A stretch of 64,000 nt of DNA from the IMG/VR virus record IMGVR_UViG_3300042898_006156, positions 49,560 through 113,559 of that record, one strand, 5' to 3'. The notes beneath the pieces are model-generated. The model saw only the letters and a list, made by a program, of their open reading frames with translations, had not been told where the DNA came from and ran no database searches. Shown piece after piece: positions 1 through 9,136 of the stretch. The DNA comes from a virus. The number at the start of each line of letters is the position of its first letter. Position 1 is the first letter of the stretch. The translations under genes were made by a program, and so were the position numbers.

Positions 1-331
1 ATAAGTTTGATTTTACAATTCCAAAATCAGAAATTAATAAATCAAAAATATCACGATAACCAGGATTAAATGGCGGAGTCACGACAGTTGGGACGCTACT
101 ATTAAGGCTAAATCTTGCTTGTGGAATTTGTAATAAAACATCTGAAGACAAAGTACACGTTTGAGTTACTCCATTGTAAGACATCACATTAACACCAGCA
201 TCACCTTGAATCAAACTTTTAGCTTGAACGGCTCTAGCAGAATTAGATGTAAATTCTTCAACTAAAACTATATTATTGTCATATTTTAGCCAGTGCCATT
301 TACCTATGTGATTAGATGTGTAAATTGCCAT
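1..331 (-). CDS. Partial hypothetical protein (runs off window start), possibly virion structural
   Basis: Not in ORF track. ATG at 331 directly after the stop of the 844-aa ORF, open to position 1: MAIYTSNHIGKWHWLKYDNNIVLVEEFTSNSARAVQAKSLIQGDAGVNVMSYNG... Confidence 0.7.
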   Translation of the reverse strand, partial: MAIYTSNHIGKWHWLKYDNNIVLVEEFTSNSARAVQAKSLIQGDAGVNVMSYNGVTQTCTLSSDVLLQIPQARFSLNSSVPTVVTPPFNPGYRDIFDLLISDFGIVKSNL

Positions 332-332
332 A

Positions 333-2867
333 TTATAATTTTTCTGGATCTGGAACAAATCCAAAAATACCCTCGTCAATTCCCATCAATAATTTTCTCA
401 ACTCTTTCAAATCAGCAGGCATATTTCCGCTTTCTATAGCATTTTTGAGTCTTTCAAATTGTTGTATTTTTTCGAAATGTTCTTTTTCAGATAAAATTTC
501 ATCAACTCTTGATTTGAAAAGTTTCAATGGAGAATTTTCTAATGTAGCCAAATCTCTTTGATTAGCTTCTATCATTTTTTGAGCAGAAATCTTTTGTTCT
601 GTTGATGAGTTAGGACTTAAAATTATTCTTGAAGCATTGTCTATATTGTTTTTGATGCTTTCAACATAGTCATGGTGTTCTTTTATGGTTTTTCTGTCAA
701 ACCCAGCTTTGCCAACAAATTCTTTTTTTGCTTGCTTTACTGCATTTTGTAATTTGTAATGTAAAATTGCAGAATCAATTGCACGAATACATTTTCTTTT
801 ATCATCATTTACAATCATCTTGCGAAATTCTGGGTTATCAAGATTTGCTTGCAATTCAAAATCTACACTATTTTCAATCATCTTTTTAGCTTTACAAAAA
901 TTGTTTGTATTGCTACAGCCTGGATAAGAATAGATAATATTTTTTTCGTCTAATTTCTGGGCAATTGAATTGAATGGAATTTTTAAGTCTTCTTTTTCAA
1001 AACTCAAAGCTTCAGTACCCACAATATGAGCAAGTGTAGAGTAAGTTCTTTTTTTCCATAATGTTTTAAGTTTATATATGTTTCCTATTCTTGTTTTGAC
1101 ACCAGGTACAAGAGGCTCATATTCTTTCATCACTTCACCAGTTTGAGTACTAATTTTTGGTGGAGGAGTAAACACATTGCCATCAGGATCTAACCAAGGT
1201 TTACCCTGGTCTATAATTGTTTTAATATCATCACTATCATAGCCAAAATATTCTCCAACAAACATTACTTTTGACTTTATAACTGGCTGAAAATTAATTG
1301 GATCGATATATTCTAAAACATCTACATATATCATAAAATCTATATCAAAATTATTGGCATTAGTTGGACAGTCAGTAGGAATAGGAACTAAAACTTGGTA
1401 AGGAATAGCATCAATACCAAATTGCTCTCTTAAAATTTGAATAATTTTTGCTTCTTGTTTGGACCTAGTTGTAAGTCCTAAAGCATCATAATTTGGATCA
1501 GGAAAATGATTAGAAGATTCTAAAGAATCACTCAACTCTGTCAAACCTATATCTCTCAAATCACTCCTAAATTGAGTAAGATTACCCTTACAAATACTTA
1601 CAAAATAAAATCTAATAGCTAAACCTGCTGGGTCTAATGGTAAAGAATCAGAATGGACTATTTTTGCTAATCCCGGACCATCATAACCTTCTTGAATAAA
1701 TTCGTAAAGTCTATCTTTTGCGTAGTTGTCTCTTAATGTCATTTGAGAGCGTTTAATGAAGTTAACTCTTTTGTCTACTTCAAATGGAATATTTCTGACA
1801 TCTTGCCCAGGAAAATTTTCTTCAAGGTATTTCATTTCTGATGGTGATAAAAAGGGTAAACCTGTACTTGGATCAAATTCTGGTCTGAAAATTCTATAAT
1901 ATGTATTTCTCAATTCTGTACTTCTAAAACCAGTTTGTTTTATGACTTCTGGTTTTTCAACTTTTATCTCTTCTATTAATCCAGCGTTCTTAATCATTTC
2001 ATATAAGTTAAAATTCACTGGATGGTCTATCAATTTCTTCCATCTAGCAATTTCTTCTTCATTCATTTTTCCAGATAATGCAAGAATTTTTGTCCAACCA
2101 CTTTCACCTTTGACATTGGTTTTTTTAACTAGCTTCTGCACTTCTTCGTTTATTGCTTCTACGTTTTGAATAACTGTTGGATCAGTAAACTTTGATGGCA
2201 GTGGGCTTTTAGATGTCTTTCTTCTGTCTGGGAATAAAATCTTAAGTGCTTCAACAGGTGTGTTAGTAACCATCACTAATAAATCATTTTCATCAAAATT
2301 AGGTATCTGTAAGGCACGACTCTTGATTTCTTTAAATTCATCAATAATTTCATTGATTTCTTTTTGAACTTCTTTTGAAATCCAGGTTTTTATAGAAGCG
2401 ATTTGATCTGGATCTTGATAATCTGGTAGTCTTCCTAAAATTTCAGTGGCTTCAGGAGTATTTCTTTTTGATGTTCTACTTAACTCAATCAATTCTGGAA
2501 TAAATACTTGATTGACACGCTCTAATAATTTCTTGATGATAATCTCTGAAACTTGATTTTGATCTAAACCTGTTTGCTCTAATTGTTCTTTGATAGTACA
2601 AGCTGATTGAATTAAAGTAGTGATGTTACTTCTGTATTTTTCAAGGAACTCAAATTGTTGTGGTACACCTGATACTTTTGTTTCTGCTAATAATTTGTAT
2701 GCAGCCTCAATGCCAATTTCTCCAGCTGCTAATTTTTCACCAATTTCTCTATCAAGGTATTCAGAAATATAGGCAGCTTTTTCTTCAACTGTTCTTCCTG
2801 GAATGTCTTCAGGAGATACTTTAGTGGATAAATCTGCAGCTAATACGTGTTTGTTTAAATTGAACAT
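333..2867 (-). CDS. Large putative virion/cargo protein with an internal PD-(D/E)xK-like nuclease domain
   Basis: 844-aa ORF; TRSKQEAKIIQIL...FDIDF...FVGEYFG resembles restriction-fold/DUF559-like motifs; late-type promoter upstream. Confidence 0.55.
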   Translation of the reverse strand: MFNLNKHVLAADLSTKVSPEDIPGRTVEEKAAYISEYLDREIGEKLAAGEIGIEAAYKLLAETKVSGVPQQFEFLEKYRSNITTLIQSACTIKEQLEQTGLDQNQVSEIIIKKLLERVNQVFIPELIELSRTSKRNTPEATEILGRLPDYQDPDQIASIKTWISKEVQKEINEIIDEFKEIKSRALQIPNFDENDLLVMVTNTPVEALKILFPDRRKTSKSPLPSKFTDPTVIQNVEAINEEVQKLVKKTNVKGESGWTKILALSGKMNEEEIARWKKLIDHPVNFNLYEMIKNAGLIEEIKVEKPEVIKQTGFRSTELRNTYYRIFRPEFDPSTGLPFLSPSEMKYLEENFPGQDVRNIPFEVDKRVNFIKRSQMTLRDNYAKDRLYEFIQEGYDGPGLAKIVHSDSLPLDPAGLAIRFYFVSICKGNLTQFRSDLRDIGLTELSDSLESSNHFPDPNYDALGLTTRSKQEAKIIQILREQFGIDAIPYQVLVPIPTDCPTNANNFDIDFMIYVDVLEYIDPINFQPVIKSKVMFVGEYFGYDSDDIKTIIDQGKPWLDPDGNVFTPPPKISTQTGEVMKEYEPLVPGVKTRIGNIYKLKTLWKKRTYSTLAHIVGTEALSFEKEDLKIPFNSIAQKLDEKNIIYSYPGCSNTNNFCKAKKMIENSVDFELQANLDNPEFRKMIVNDDKRKCIRAIDSAILHYKLQNAVKQAKKEFVGKAGFDRKTIKEHHDYVESIKNNIDNASRIILSPNSSTEQKISAQKMIEANQRDLATLENSPLKLFKSRVDEILSEKEHFEKIQQFERLKNAIESGNMPADLKELRKLLMGIDEGIFGFVPDPEKL

Positions 2868-2899
2868 AAATAAAATCCAAATTAGAGATATGATTACTT

Positions 2900-2926
2900 T
2901 TCTTTTTTAGGAGTTTTCAGCCCTTT
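2900..2926 (-). promoter_or_regulatory. Putative late (sigmaH-like) promoter AAAGG-N18-AGAA
   Basis: Minus strand AAAGG (2926-2922), 18 nt, AGAA (2903-2900), upstream of ORF start 2867. Confidence 0.65.
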
Positions 2927-2962
2927 ATATCTAGAATATTAAAGCTAGTTTAACGTTAGTCC

Positions 2963-3823
2963 TTGGAGGGTTTAACAATGGCGTTCTCTCTTAAGTTATT
3001 TGCTGTGATCAAATGTTTGATTGCGGCTTTATTTATTTTAAATTCTCAACAAACATCTTATTTGTTATACTTGAACAACCCAGAAACAATTAATAAGTCA
3101 GGAGTACTGCACGATAAAAAATATACACAAAATACAAGAGTGAGATATTTTGTTCATTATAAGAATGGAACAGATAAGCCACAAAAGTTTTATATGAATT
3201 CTGATCTTAAAGTGAAGTCATTGAAAAAATCTTTTAATGCTCACTATTTGCCTGACAGAGCGGGAGCATATTCGATTAAAAATTTCTTTACAGCCAAACA
3301 AAATACTGCTCCTCTTAATGTCTACTGCAAATTAGATCCAGAAGAAACTATATCTGGCATCATTGAGGGCGAATTTCAACAAAATGACCGGGTCATATGT
3401 AGATTAGGTGTAGAGAACAACCCAATAAATTACCTTGATGTTTTGCAGTTAGATTATAAACTAGAAAAATCTCTTGATGTTTATATGAAAATTCCATCAT
3501 CAGTTGTTATTGGAGAAAAGATTGAAGGCACAGTTTTAGGTCAGTATGGTTCTGATATAAAGCTCACTGTAATTCCTCACAAATCAGGAATTATGAAGAT
3601 GTCTTTCTCTCCTCGTGGTGGTGACGGATTGCTTGTATTTTCACATAAGGGTAAAATTACAATGACTGAATTTGTATCTGTCAAAAAAGAATCAGATGTA
3701 TTTCATCTTAAGGTAGAAAAGAATGTACCTGAAGTATTTACATTCATTCCTATTGGTGGATTGAATTACCCAATAAAGATAAATTTCAATCTTTATGATT
3801 TTACTGACAAAAATATAGCATAG
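2963..3823 (+). CDS. Hypothetical protein with hydrophobic N-terminus (possible exported beta-rich protein)
   Basis: 286-aa ORF; N-terminal LFAVIKCLIAALFIL; true start uncertain (2978 or later). Confidence 0.6.
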   Translation: MEGLTMAFSLKLFAVIKCLIAALFILNSQQTSYLLYLNNPETINKSGVLHDKKYTQNTRVRYFVHYKNGTDKPQKFYMNSDLKVKSLKKSFNAHYLPDRAGAYSIKNFFTAKQNTAPLNVYCKLDPEETISGIIEGEFQQNDRVICRLGVENNPINYLDVLQLDYKLEKSLDVYMKIPSSVVIGEKIEGTVLGQYGSDIKLTVIPHKSGIMKMSFSPRGGDGLLVFSHKGKITMTEFVSVKKESDVFHLKVEKNVPEVFTFIPIGGLNYPIKINFNLYDFTDKNIA

Positions 3824-3831
3824 GAAACAAG

Positions 3832-4302
3832 ATGGAAGAACGAAAAGTTGCTGGCGTAATTGTTGATGAAATGACAGCTGAAGCACAAACAAGAGCTGCT
3901 ATGGATGAACTTATGGGAGTGGATAGTGATTCCCATAATATGAAGTTTGAGAAGATGTATGTTGTCAGAGATGGAGAAACAATCGAAATTGAAGTTCCAG
4001 TAGATGACATTGATCTTCTTGATGATATGGATGATGATGATCTGACTGAAGAAGGTGAGAGGTCATTAGGAATTATTGATGCTGGTTTTGATACAACAAC
4101 CAATGAATCTGCATCAAAGAAAAATCGTGATCGTATGGCTGTAGTTGATGTTGTAATGAATACCAAGGAAGACCAACCAAATATTGTCTGCCCGTATACC
4201 GGAAGCACAGATGTTTACCAAGTTAATTCTTCCACTTGGGCTAGCTACGAAACAGATCAACCATTTTTAGTCAGAGTGCAAATGAACGATGAGGAAGACT
4301 AA
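3832..4302 (+). CDS. Acidic hypothetical protein with degenerate C-terminal zinc-ribbon-like motif
   Basis: 156-aa ORF, AGGA RBS; CPYTGSTDVYQV motif. Confidence 0.7.
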   Translation: MEERKVAGVIVDEMTAEAQTRAAMDELMGVDSDSHNMKFEKMYVVRDGETIEIEVPVDDIDLLDDMDDDDLTEEGERSLGIIDAGFDTTTNESASKKNRDRMAVVDVVMNTKEDQPNIVCPYTGSTDVYQVNSSTWASYETDQPFLVRVQMNDEED

Positions 4303-4529
4303 TCTTCCTCATCCTCTAAAATAATTCCAAATCCAAGTTTAGATTTATCTTCTAATACTTGGATTTCTTTTTTTAAATCACCAATCTCTTCACTAAGATT
4401 GTTCATTTGATTTTTGATATCTTTAAAATGTTTGCTGAATGAAAGAAACAAATCTCCGAGAATTTCACCTAATTCTTCATTAGAAACACTTTCTTTAGAC
4501 AATATTTCTTCTAATCTTACTTGAGTCAT
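4299..4529 (-). CDS. Small coiled-coil hypothetical protein
   Basis: 76-aa ORF, coupled to the upstream minus-strand ORF by a TAATG overlap, AGGAGAGG RBS. Confidence 0.65.
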   Translation of the reverse strand: MTQVRLEEILSKESVSNEELGEILGDLFLSFSKHFKDIKNQMNNLSEEIGDLKKEIQVLEDKSKLGFGIILEDEED

Positions 4530-4768
4530 TATCCTCTCCTTAATTTCGGCTTTGGATATGATGAATTATTATCTGATTGTGGCGAGTTCATAATCATAGT
4601 GAGAATTTCATCAAGTTTCAATTTGCCTTTTCTTGCTTCGTCTGATTCTAAAGCTGCTTCAGTCAATATTGCTCGTAAATCGTATAATTCAGTAAGTAGC
4701 ATATCCCGATCAATACTTATTTTCACATTCCCCTCCAATGAAGAAGCCAGCACAATATAGATTTTCAC
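4529..4768 (-). CDS. Small hypothetical protein
   Basis: 79-aa ORF, translationally coupled to 4299..4529. Confidence 0.55.
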   Translation of the reverse strand: MKIYIVLASSLEGNVKISIDRDMLLTELYDLRAILTEAALESDEARKGKLKLDEILTMIMNSPQSDNNSSYPKPKLRRG

Positions 4769-5223
4769 AAATTAACAATGAGCTCCTATGCTGTTTGGCT
4801 AGTCCTGGCATTTTATCAGAAACAAAATTTGTTTTTACGAATGATTATGAGATAAAAATACCCAGTACATTATTTGTAGACAACAAGGGAACGACATTTA
4901 GAAAAATATGTGATAACTATAAAGACTTCAATAATCAAACATATTTAAAATTTAGAAAAATAGAACTTGACATTACAGTTGATTTTTTCATTCCATATTT
5001 TAAATCTACAGAATTTCTTTGTATGAGCTGCAATAAATTACATAATGGTAAGACAAACAAATGTTGTCCAATGACTAATAATCCTGTAAAGTTAATCAAA
5101 GCGGAATTGTATAAAATTGAGATTCCTAATGTGTTCGATATTCCTCATTCTATTGTTAGATCCAGAGCTGAATTTATAGACTTGCATTTTCCAGATATAT
5201 TGTCTACAATGCTAGTGAGATGA
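4738..5223 (+). CDS. Hypothetical Cys-containing protein
   Basis: 161-aa ORF with CMSC...CCP; stop overlaps the next ATG (ATGA); start uncertain. Confidence 0.55.
   Translation: MKKPAQYRFSQINNELLCCLASPGILSETKFVFTNDYEIKIPSTLFVDNKGTTFRKICDNYKDFNNQTYLKFRKIELDITVDFFIPYFKSTEFLCMSCNKLHNGKTNKCCPMTNNPVKLIKAELYKIEIPNVFDIPHSIVRSRAEFIDLHFPDILSTMLVR
5182..5210 (+). promoter_or_regulatory. sigma70-type promoter TTGCAT-N17-TACAAT
   Basis: Near-consensus hexamers with 17-nt spacer, 9 nt before the ATG at 5220. Confidence 0.6.
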
Positions 5224-6347
5224 ATAGACAAATAAAATCAATTCGAATTCAAGACTTTCAAAATCACCAAGATACTTTCTTTGAATTAAAACCTGGTCTG
5301 AATATAATCACAGGCAGTTCTGATAATGGTAAGTCAGCAATTTCAAGAAGTTTACACCTTGCTTTTTTAGACTCTTTCAGAAAATACGATGTTAGAGAAG
5401 GTCAGAAAAATGCAAAAGTGTCAATTACATACAATAATGGTGATTGGTATTCTCGTACAAAAGGCGATACGAATGAAATAGAATATCAAAGAGAAGGCCA
5501 AGAAAAAGTAAAGCACTCTAGATTTTCAAAAAATATTCCAACTGATGTTACAGAATTTCTTGGTCATATCCCTAAGACTTTATCTGGCGCACTTCCTTTA
5601 GCTAACCAAGAAGAAAAGTTTTTTCTTGTAACCTTAACCGACGAAGCATTACCTAAAGAAATATCACGTTTGCTTGGAATTGATGACTTAGAAGAAGCTG
5701 CTTCATTACTTGGATCTGATGTCAATAAGATTTCAGGAGATATCAAGAAAGTAGTTTGTGAAATTGAAAGCACTAAAGAAAAACTTGAACCGTATGAAAA
5801 TCTTGATCAAAAGATTAAAAACTTAAATGAATTCAAGGAAATGATTGCGGAATACGAAGCACTTGAAAAAGAAATTAAAGACATAAACGATCTTTGTGCT
5901 GAGTATCAAAAGATTGGCAAGCAATATGCTGATTGCAAGGCTGAAAAAGAAAAATCTGAAAAATTATTCCAATTTCTTTCTGATAATATTCCTGTATTAG
6001 AAAAGCAATTTAATGAAATTTCTGATGGTCTTATTTTAAATGAGAACATCCTTAAAACACGGGAACAATTCAAAATCACAAAAGAAAAATACAACGTCTT
6101 TTATGAAATTGCTGAAGGTGTAATAGGCACTCTAATTTCAGGATGTGTAAATGAACATACAATCCTAGATGAAATAATCAATCTTGATGATGATTTTAAT
6201 GAAATTTCTTTGGATATTGATACAAAAAACAATGCAATTCAAAGTCAAAATAATATCATTGAAGATTGCGATACAAATATCAAAGAACTTGAGCAATACT
6301 TGAAAGATAATTTTGAAGTTTGTGATGTTTGTGGAAACGTAAAATGA
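5220..6347 (+). CDS. sbcC: SbcC/Rad50-like ATPase, N-terminal half (Walker A, coiled coil, terminal CxxC)
   Basis: IKSIRIQDFQNH, GLNIITGSSDNGKSAI, Q-loop NQ, long coiled coil, ends in CDVC (zinc-hook-like). Confidence 0.85.
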   Translation: MNRQIKSIRIQDFQNHQDTFFELKPGLNIITGSSDNGKSAISRSLHLAFLDSFRKYDVREGQKNAKVSITYNNGDWYSRTKGDTNEIEYQREGQEKVKHSRFSKNIPTDVTEFLGHIPKTLSGALPLANQEEKFFLVTLTDEALPKEISRLLGIDDLEEAASLLGSDVNKISGDIKKVVCEIESTKEKLEPYENLDQKIKNLNEFKEMIAEYEALEKEIKDINDLCAEYQKIGKQYADCKAEKEKSEKLFQFLSDNIPVLEKQFNEISDGLILNENILKTREQFKITKEKYNVFYEIAEGVIGTLISGCVNEHTILDEIINLDDDFNEISLDIDTKNNAIQSQNNIIEDCDTNIKELEQYLKDNFEVCDVCGNVK

Positions 6348-7330
6348 ATAACCTTATCAAACAAAATAAAGTGATGTTTGTAGGTGATATCCACTTGATG
6401 GATAAGCAACCTAAAAACAGACTTGATGATTATAGTTTGGCAATTAGAACCAAACTCATTGAATGCTTTACAGTTGCTGAAGAAAAGAAAGTTGACGCTG
6501 TAGTCCTTCTTGGTGATTTATTCGAAGTTTATGAAGTTGGCCCACTTCTTCGTAATCAAACTTTAGATATTCTTAAAGGTGGTCCTAATGGCAACAAACC
6601 TTGGTCATTTCCTATCTATGTTTGTGTAGGAAACCACGATCTTGATAGTTCATCTAATCTTGAAAAAACAGCCCTTGGAACTCTTATTTCTGCTGGTTAT
6701 TTGATCAAAACAGACTACGAACCAACATTAGGAATTTCATTCGCTCATTATCATCCTTCATTAGATAGAGATATTAAGGCTGGACACTTAACTACTTCAC
6801 CAGCAATTATCTGGGTTTGTCACGCTTCTATTTCAAATAAACTTGATCGCTTTGGAGAATATACTTTTCTTTTTGAAGACACTCCATTGCATCCTAATAC
6901 TTCTTTGGTTATTTCAGGGCATATTCACCACGAAATGAAGCAAACTAGAAGTGATGGTAAGCGTTTTATCAACCCAGGTGCAATTAGTCGTTATTCTGCA
7001 TCAAGAGACAATTTAGAGAAAGATATTGAAATTCTTATCCTAGATTACACTCTTGATGGTGAAATTCTCAATGAAGAATATCTCAAGCTTAAATCTGCAA
7101 AGCCAGCTAGTGAAGTTTTCAAGTTAGATGAAATAAAGGCTGCTAAAGATTTGAAAAAAGATACTTTAGAATTTAAGATAAAAGTTGCCCAAATGAGAAC
7201 TCACACTTGGCAATTTACATCTTTGGATGATAAACTAGCTGCTTTAAAGGTAATGGCAGAACAATCAGAAATTGGTGAAGAAATTACTAACATTGTTGTA
7301 GATGCTGTTAAAAAGGTAAATGAAAAATGA
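6344..7330 (+). CDS. sbcD: SbcD/Mre11-like metallophosphoesterase nuclease
   Basis: GDIH, LGDLF, VGNHD, SGHIH, NPGA motifs; ATG at 6344 overlaps the previous stop (track start 6329). Confidence 0.9.
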   Translation: MNNLIKQNKVMFVGDIHLMDKQPKNRLDDYSLAIRTKLIECFTVAEEKKVDAVVLLGDLFEVYEVGPLLRNQTLDILKGGPNGNKPWSFPIYVCVGNHDLDSSSNLEKTALGTLISAGYLIKTDYEPTLGISFAHYHPSLDRDIKAGHLTTSPAIIWVCHASISNKLDRFGEYTFLFEDTPLHPNTSLVISGHIHHEMKQTRSDGKRFINPGAISRYSASRDNLEKDIEILILDYTLDGEILNEEYLKLKSAKPASEVFKLDEIKAAKDLKKDTLEFKIKVAQMRTHTWQFTSLDDKLAALKVMAEQSEIGEEITNIVVDAVKKVNEK

Positions 7331-7581
7331 CCGCTCAAGAAATTTTAGATCAAATCGAATCATACAAGAACAAGAAAGGTAAAGCAGAAGGCAGAGTTCA
7401 AACCTTGACTGAACAACTTGATGCTTTAGAAGTTGACTTTCAAACACTTGTAGATACCTGTGAAGAGAAGTTTGGTTGTAAGCCAAAAGATCTTAAAAAA
7501 CTTATGGCTACGAAACAATCTGAATTAGAAGCTAAACTTCAAGAAATTGAAGAGAAACTCCAAGAGCTCACAGGAGAATAA
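7327..7581 (+). CDS. Small coiled-coil protein in the SbcCD cluster
   Basis: 84-aa helical ORF with ATGA overlap. Confidence 0.75.
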   Translation: MTAQEILDQIESYKNKKGKAEGRVQTLTEQLDALEVDFQTLVDTCEEKFGCKPKDLKKLMATKQSELEAKLQEIEEKLQELTGE

Positions 7582-7583
7582 TC

Positions 7584-8297
7584 TTGGACTTATTAGAAAT
7601 CAAGAAAGAGTGCAACAAAATTGAAAGAAACTTGATTGCACTCGAAATTGAAAGAAACGCCCTTGCAGCCCTTTTAGAAGAACAAGAACTTAAATTGCTA
7701 GAACTTGAAACTAAAAAAGATCATAATAAAAAGGGGCAGATATTTTTACGTATGAAAGCTGCTGACACTAGAGTTCAAGCCCTTGCATCTATTGAAGAAA
7801 TCGTCACCGCAGCATTAAAAGAAATGTATGGTGAAGACTATGTATTCTCTTTGGAATTGAAAGAAGTAAGTAGCAAAGAAGGCGAAAACACTGGTCTATT
7901 TACTATCTTACCTTGTGTTGAGAAATTGCATGATGGCAAAAGATCTAAGCGCCCAATCAAGGGTTCTAATGGTGGAGGCTTGATGGAGATTGTTAGTGTC
8001 CTCTTGCGTTTTGCATTTGGAACCTACAACAACTATGATAGTGTTTACGTACTTGATGAAGCATTCTCTGCTGTTTCTAAAGATGGAATAATGGGACAAT
8101 TGCTCATATTTTTAGACAGATATATTGCCGAATTAGGATTGCAAGTGATATTAATTACCCATTCTGCTGAAAGTTTTTCTCAAATTTCTGCACAGAATTA
8201 TCTTGTTTATAAAGAGGATGGTATTGCTAAGATCAAACTTGCATCTAGAGATGATATCCTTGAAATGCAAAGTTTGGCTATAAGCGCAAAAAAATGA
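7584..8297 (+). CDS. sbcC: SbcC/Rad50-like ATPase, C-terminal half (signature, Walker B, H-loop)
   Basis: Coiled coil, then GSNGGGLMEIVS (ABC-signature-like), VYVLDEAF (Walker B), ILITHS (H-loop); TTG start with AGGAG RBS. Confidence 0.85.
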   Translation: MDLLEIKKECNKIERNLIALEIERNALAALLEEQELKLLELETKKDHNKKGQIFLRMKAADTRVQALASIEEIVTAALKEMYGEDYVFSLELKEVSSKEGENTGLFTILPCVEKLHDGKRSKRPIKGSNGGGLMEIVSVLLRFAFGTYNNYDSVYVLDEAFSAVSKDGIMGQLLIFLDRYIAELGLQVILITHSAESFSQISAQNYLVYKEDGIAKIKLASRDDILEMQSLAISAKK

Positions 8298-9136
8298 AAA
8301 CAGTAAAAGATCCCACTTATGATTTCGTAAAAGGTATTTATATGCAACACGTTCCTCTACAATCTGAATTGGTCAACCCATTTCAAGCTAATAAACGTCA
8401 GCGTAAAAAGCCTGTAGTTAAGACACTCAAAGAAGCACCTGAAGATCTTAAGGATTGGACTGCCAAGCACTTCACTGACTATTTTTTAAATGAATACAAG
8501 AAAGCATTTGATGGGGTCTATCGAGTCACTTACACATCTGACAATAAAATCATCAACATAATTGCTGATTTTATGGAAGACAATAAGTTAGACAAGAATG
8601 AATGGACCAAGAAATTTATTGATTGGTGCTTCACAAACAAGACTGTGATTATGCAAAGGTCAGGACATTTCTTACTTATGGAATTTCCTCACTATTTGAA
8701 TCGTTATTATCAAGACATAATCAACACAAGTAGTACCACTCCTCTTATTGATATCTATGATGAAGTAAAGAATTTGGCAAAGCTTGGTAGGTCCAAAGAA
8801 TTGTTTTCAAAGTTTGGAATTCCTATTGTTTGCTCTTACTACGCTAATACACAAAATATTAGCAAAGAAGATTTTACCTCTGGCTTGAATCAACTTTTCT
8901 TGACACTCTCTAAAGGTAATGCTGAAGAAAAGAAACTGATTGCTGATACTTTCCAAAAATCTGTTTCTAGATCACCATATCTTCCTGAATTTGAAATGCT
9001 TGATTGGCGTGAAATTTTTATTAAATACACTGCTAAATACAAGGAAGAAACCTGGTGGAGAGATGAAGATTATCCAGGTAATCCAAGATTTCAATTCGAT
9101 AAGTTTATAAATGGACAGCAATCAAACAATAGATGA
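8294..9136 (+). CDS. Hypothetical protein (replication cluster)
   Basis: 280-aa ORF, coupled to neighbours; no recognised motif. Confidence 0.75.
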   Translation: MKTVKDPTYDFVKGIYMQHVPLQSELVNPFQANKRQRKKPVVKTLKEAPEDLKDWTAKHFTDYFLNEYKKAFDGVYRVTYTSDNKIINIIADFMEDNKLDKNEWTKKFIDWCFTNKTVIMQRSGHFLLMEFPHYLNRYYQDIINTSSTTPLIDIYDEVKNLAKLGRSKELFSKFGIPIVCSYYANTQNISKEDFTSGLNQLFLTLSKGNAEEKKLIADTFQKSVSRSPYLPEFEMLDWREIFIKYTAKYKEETWWRDEDYPGNPRFQFDKFINGQQSNNR

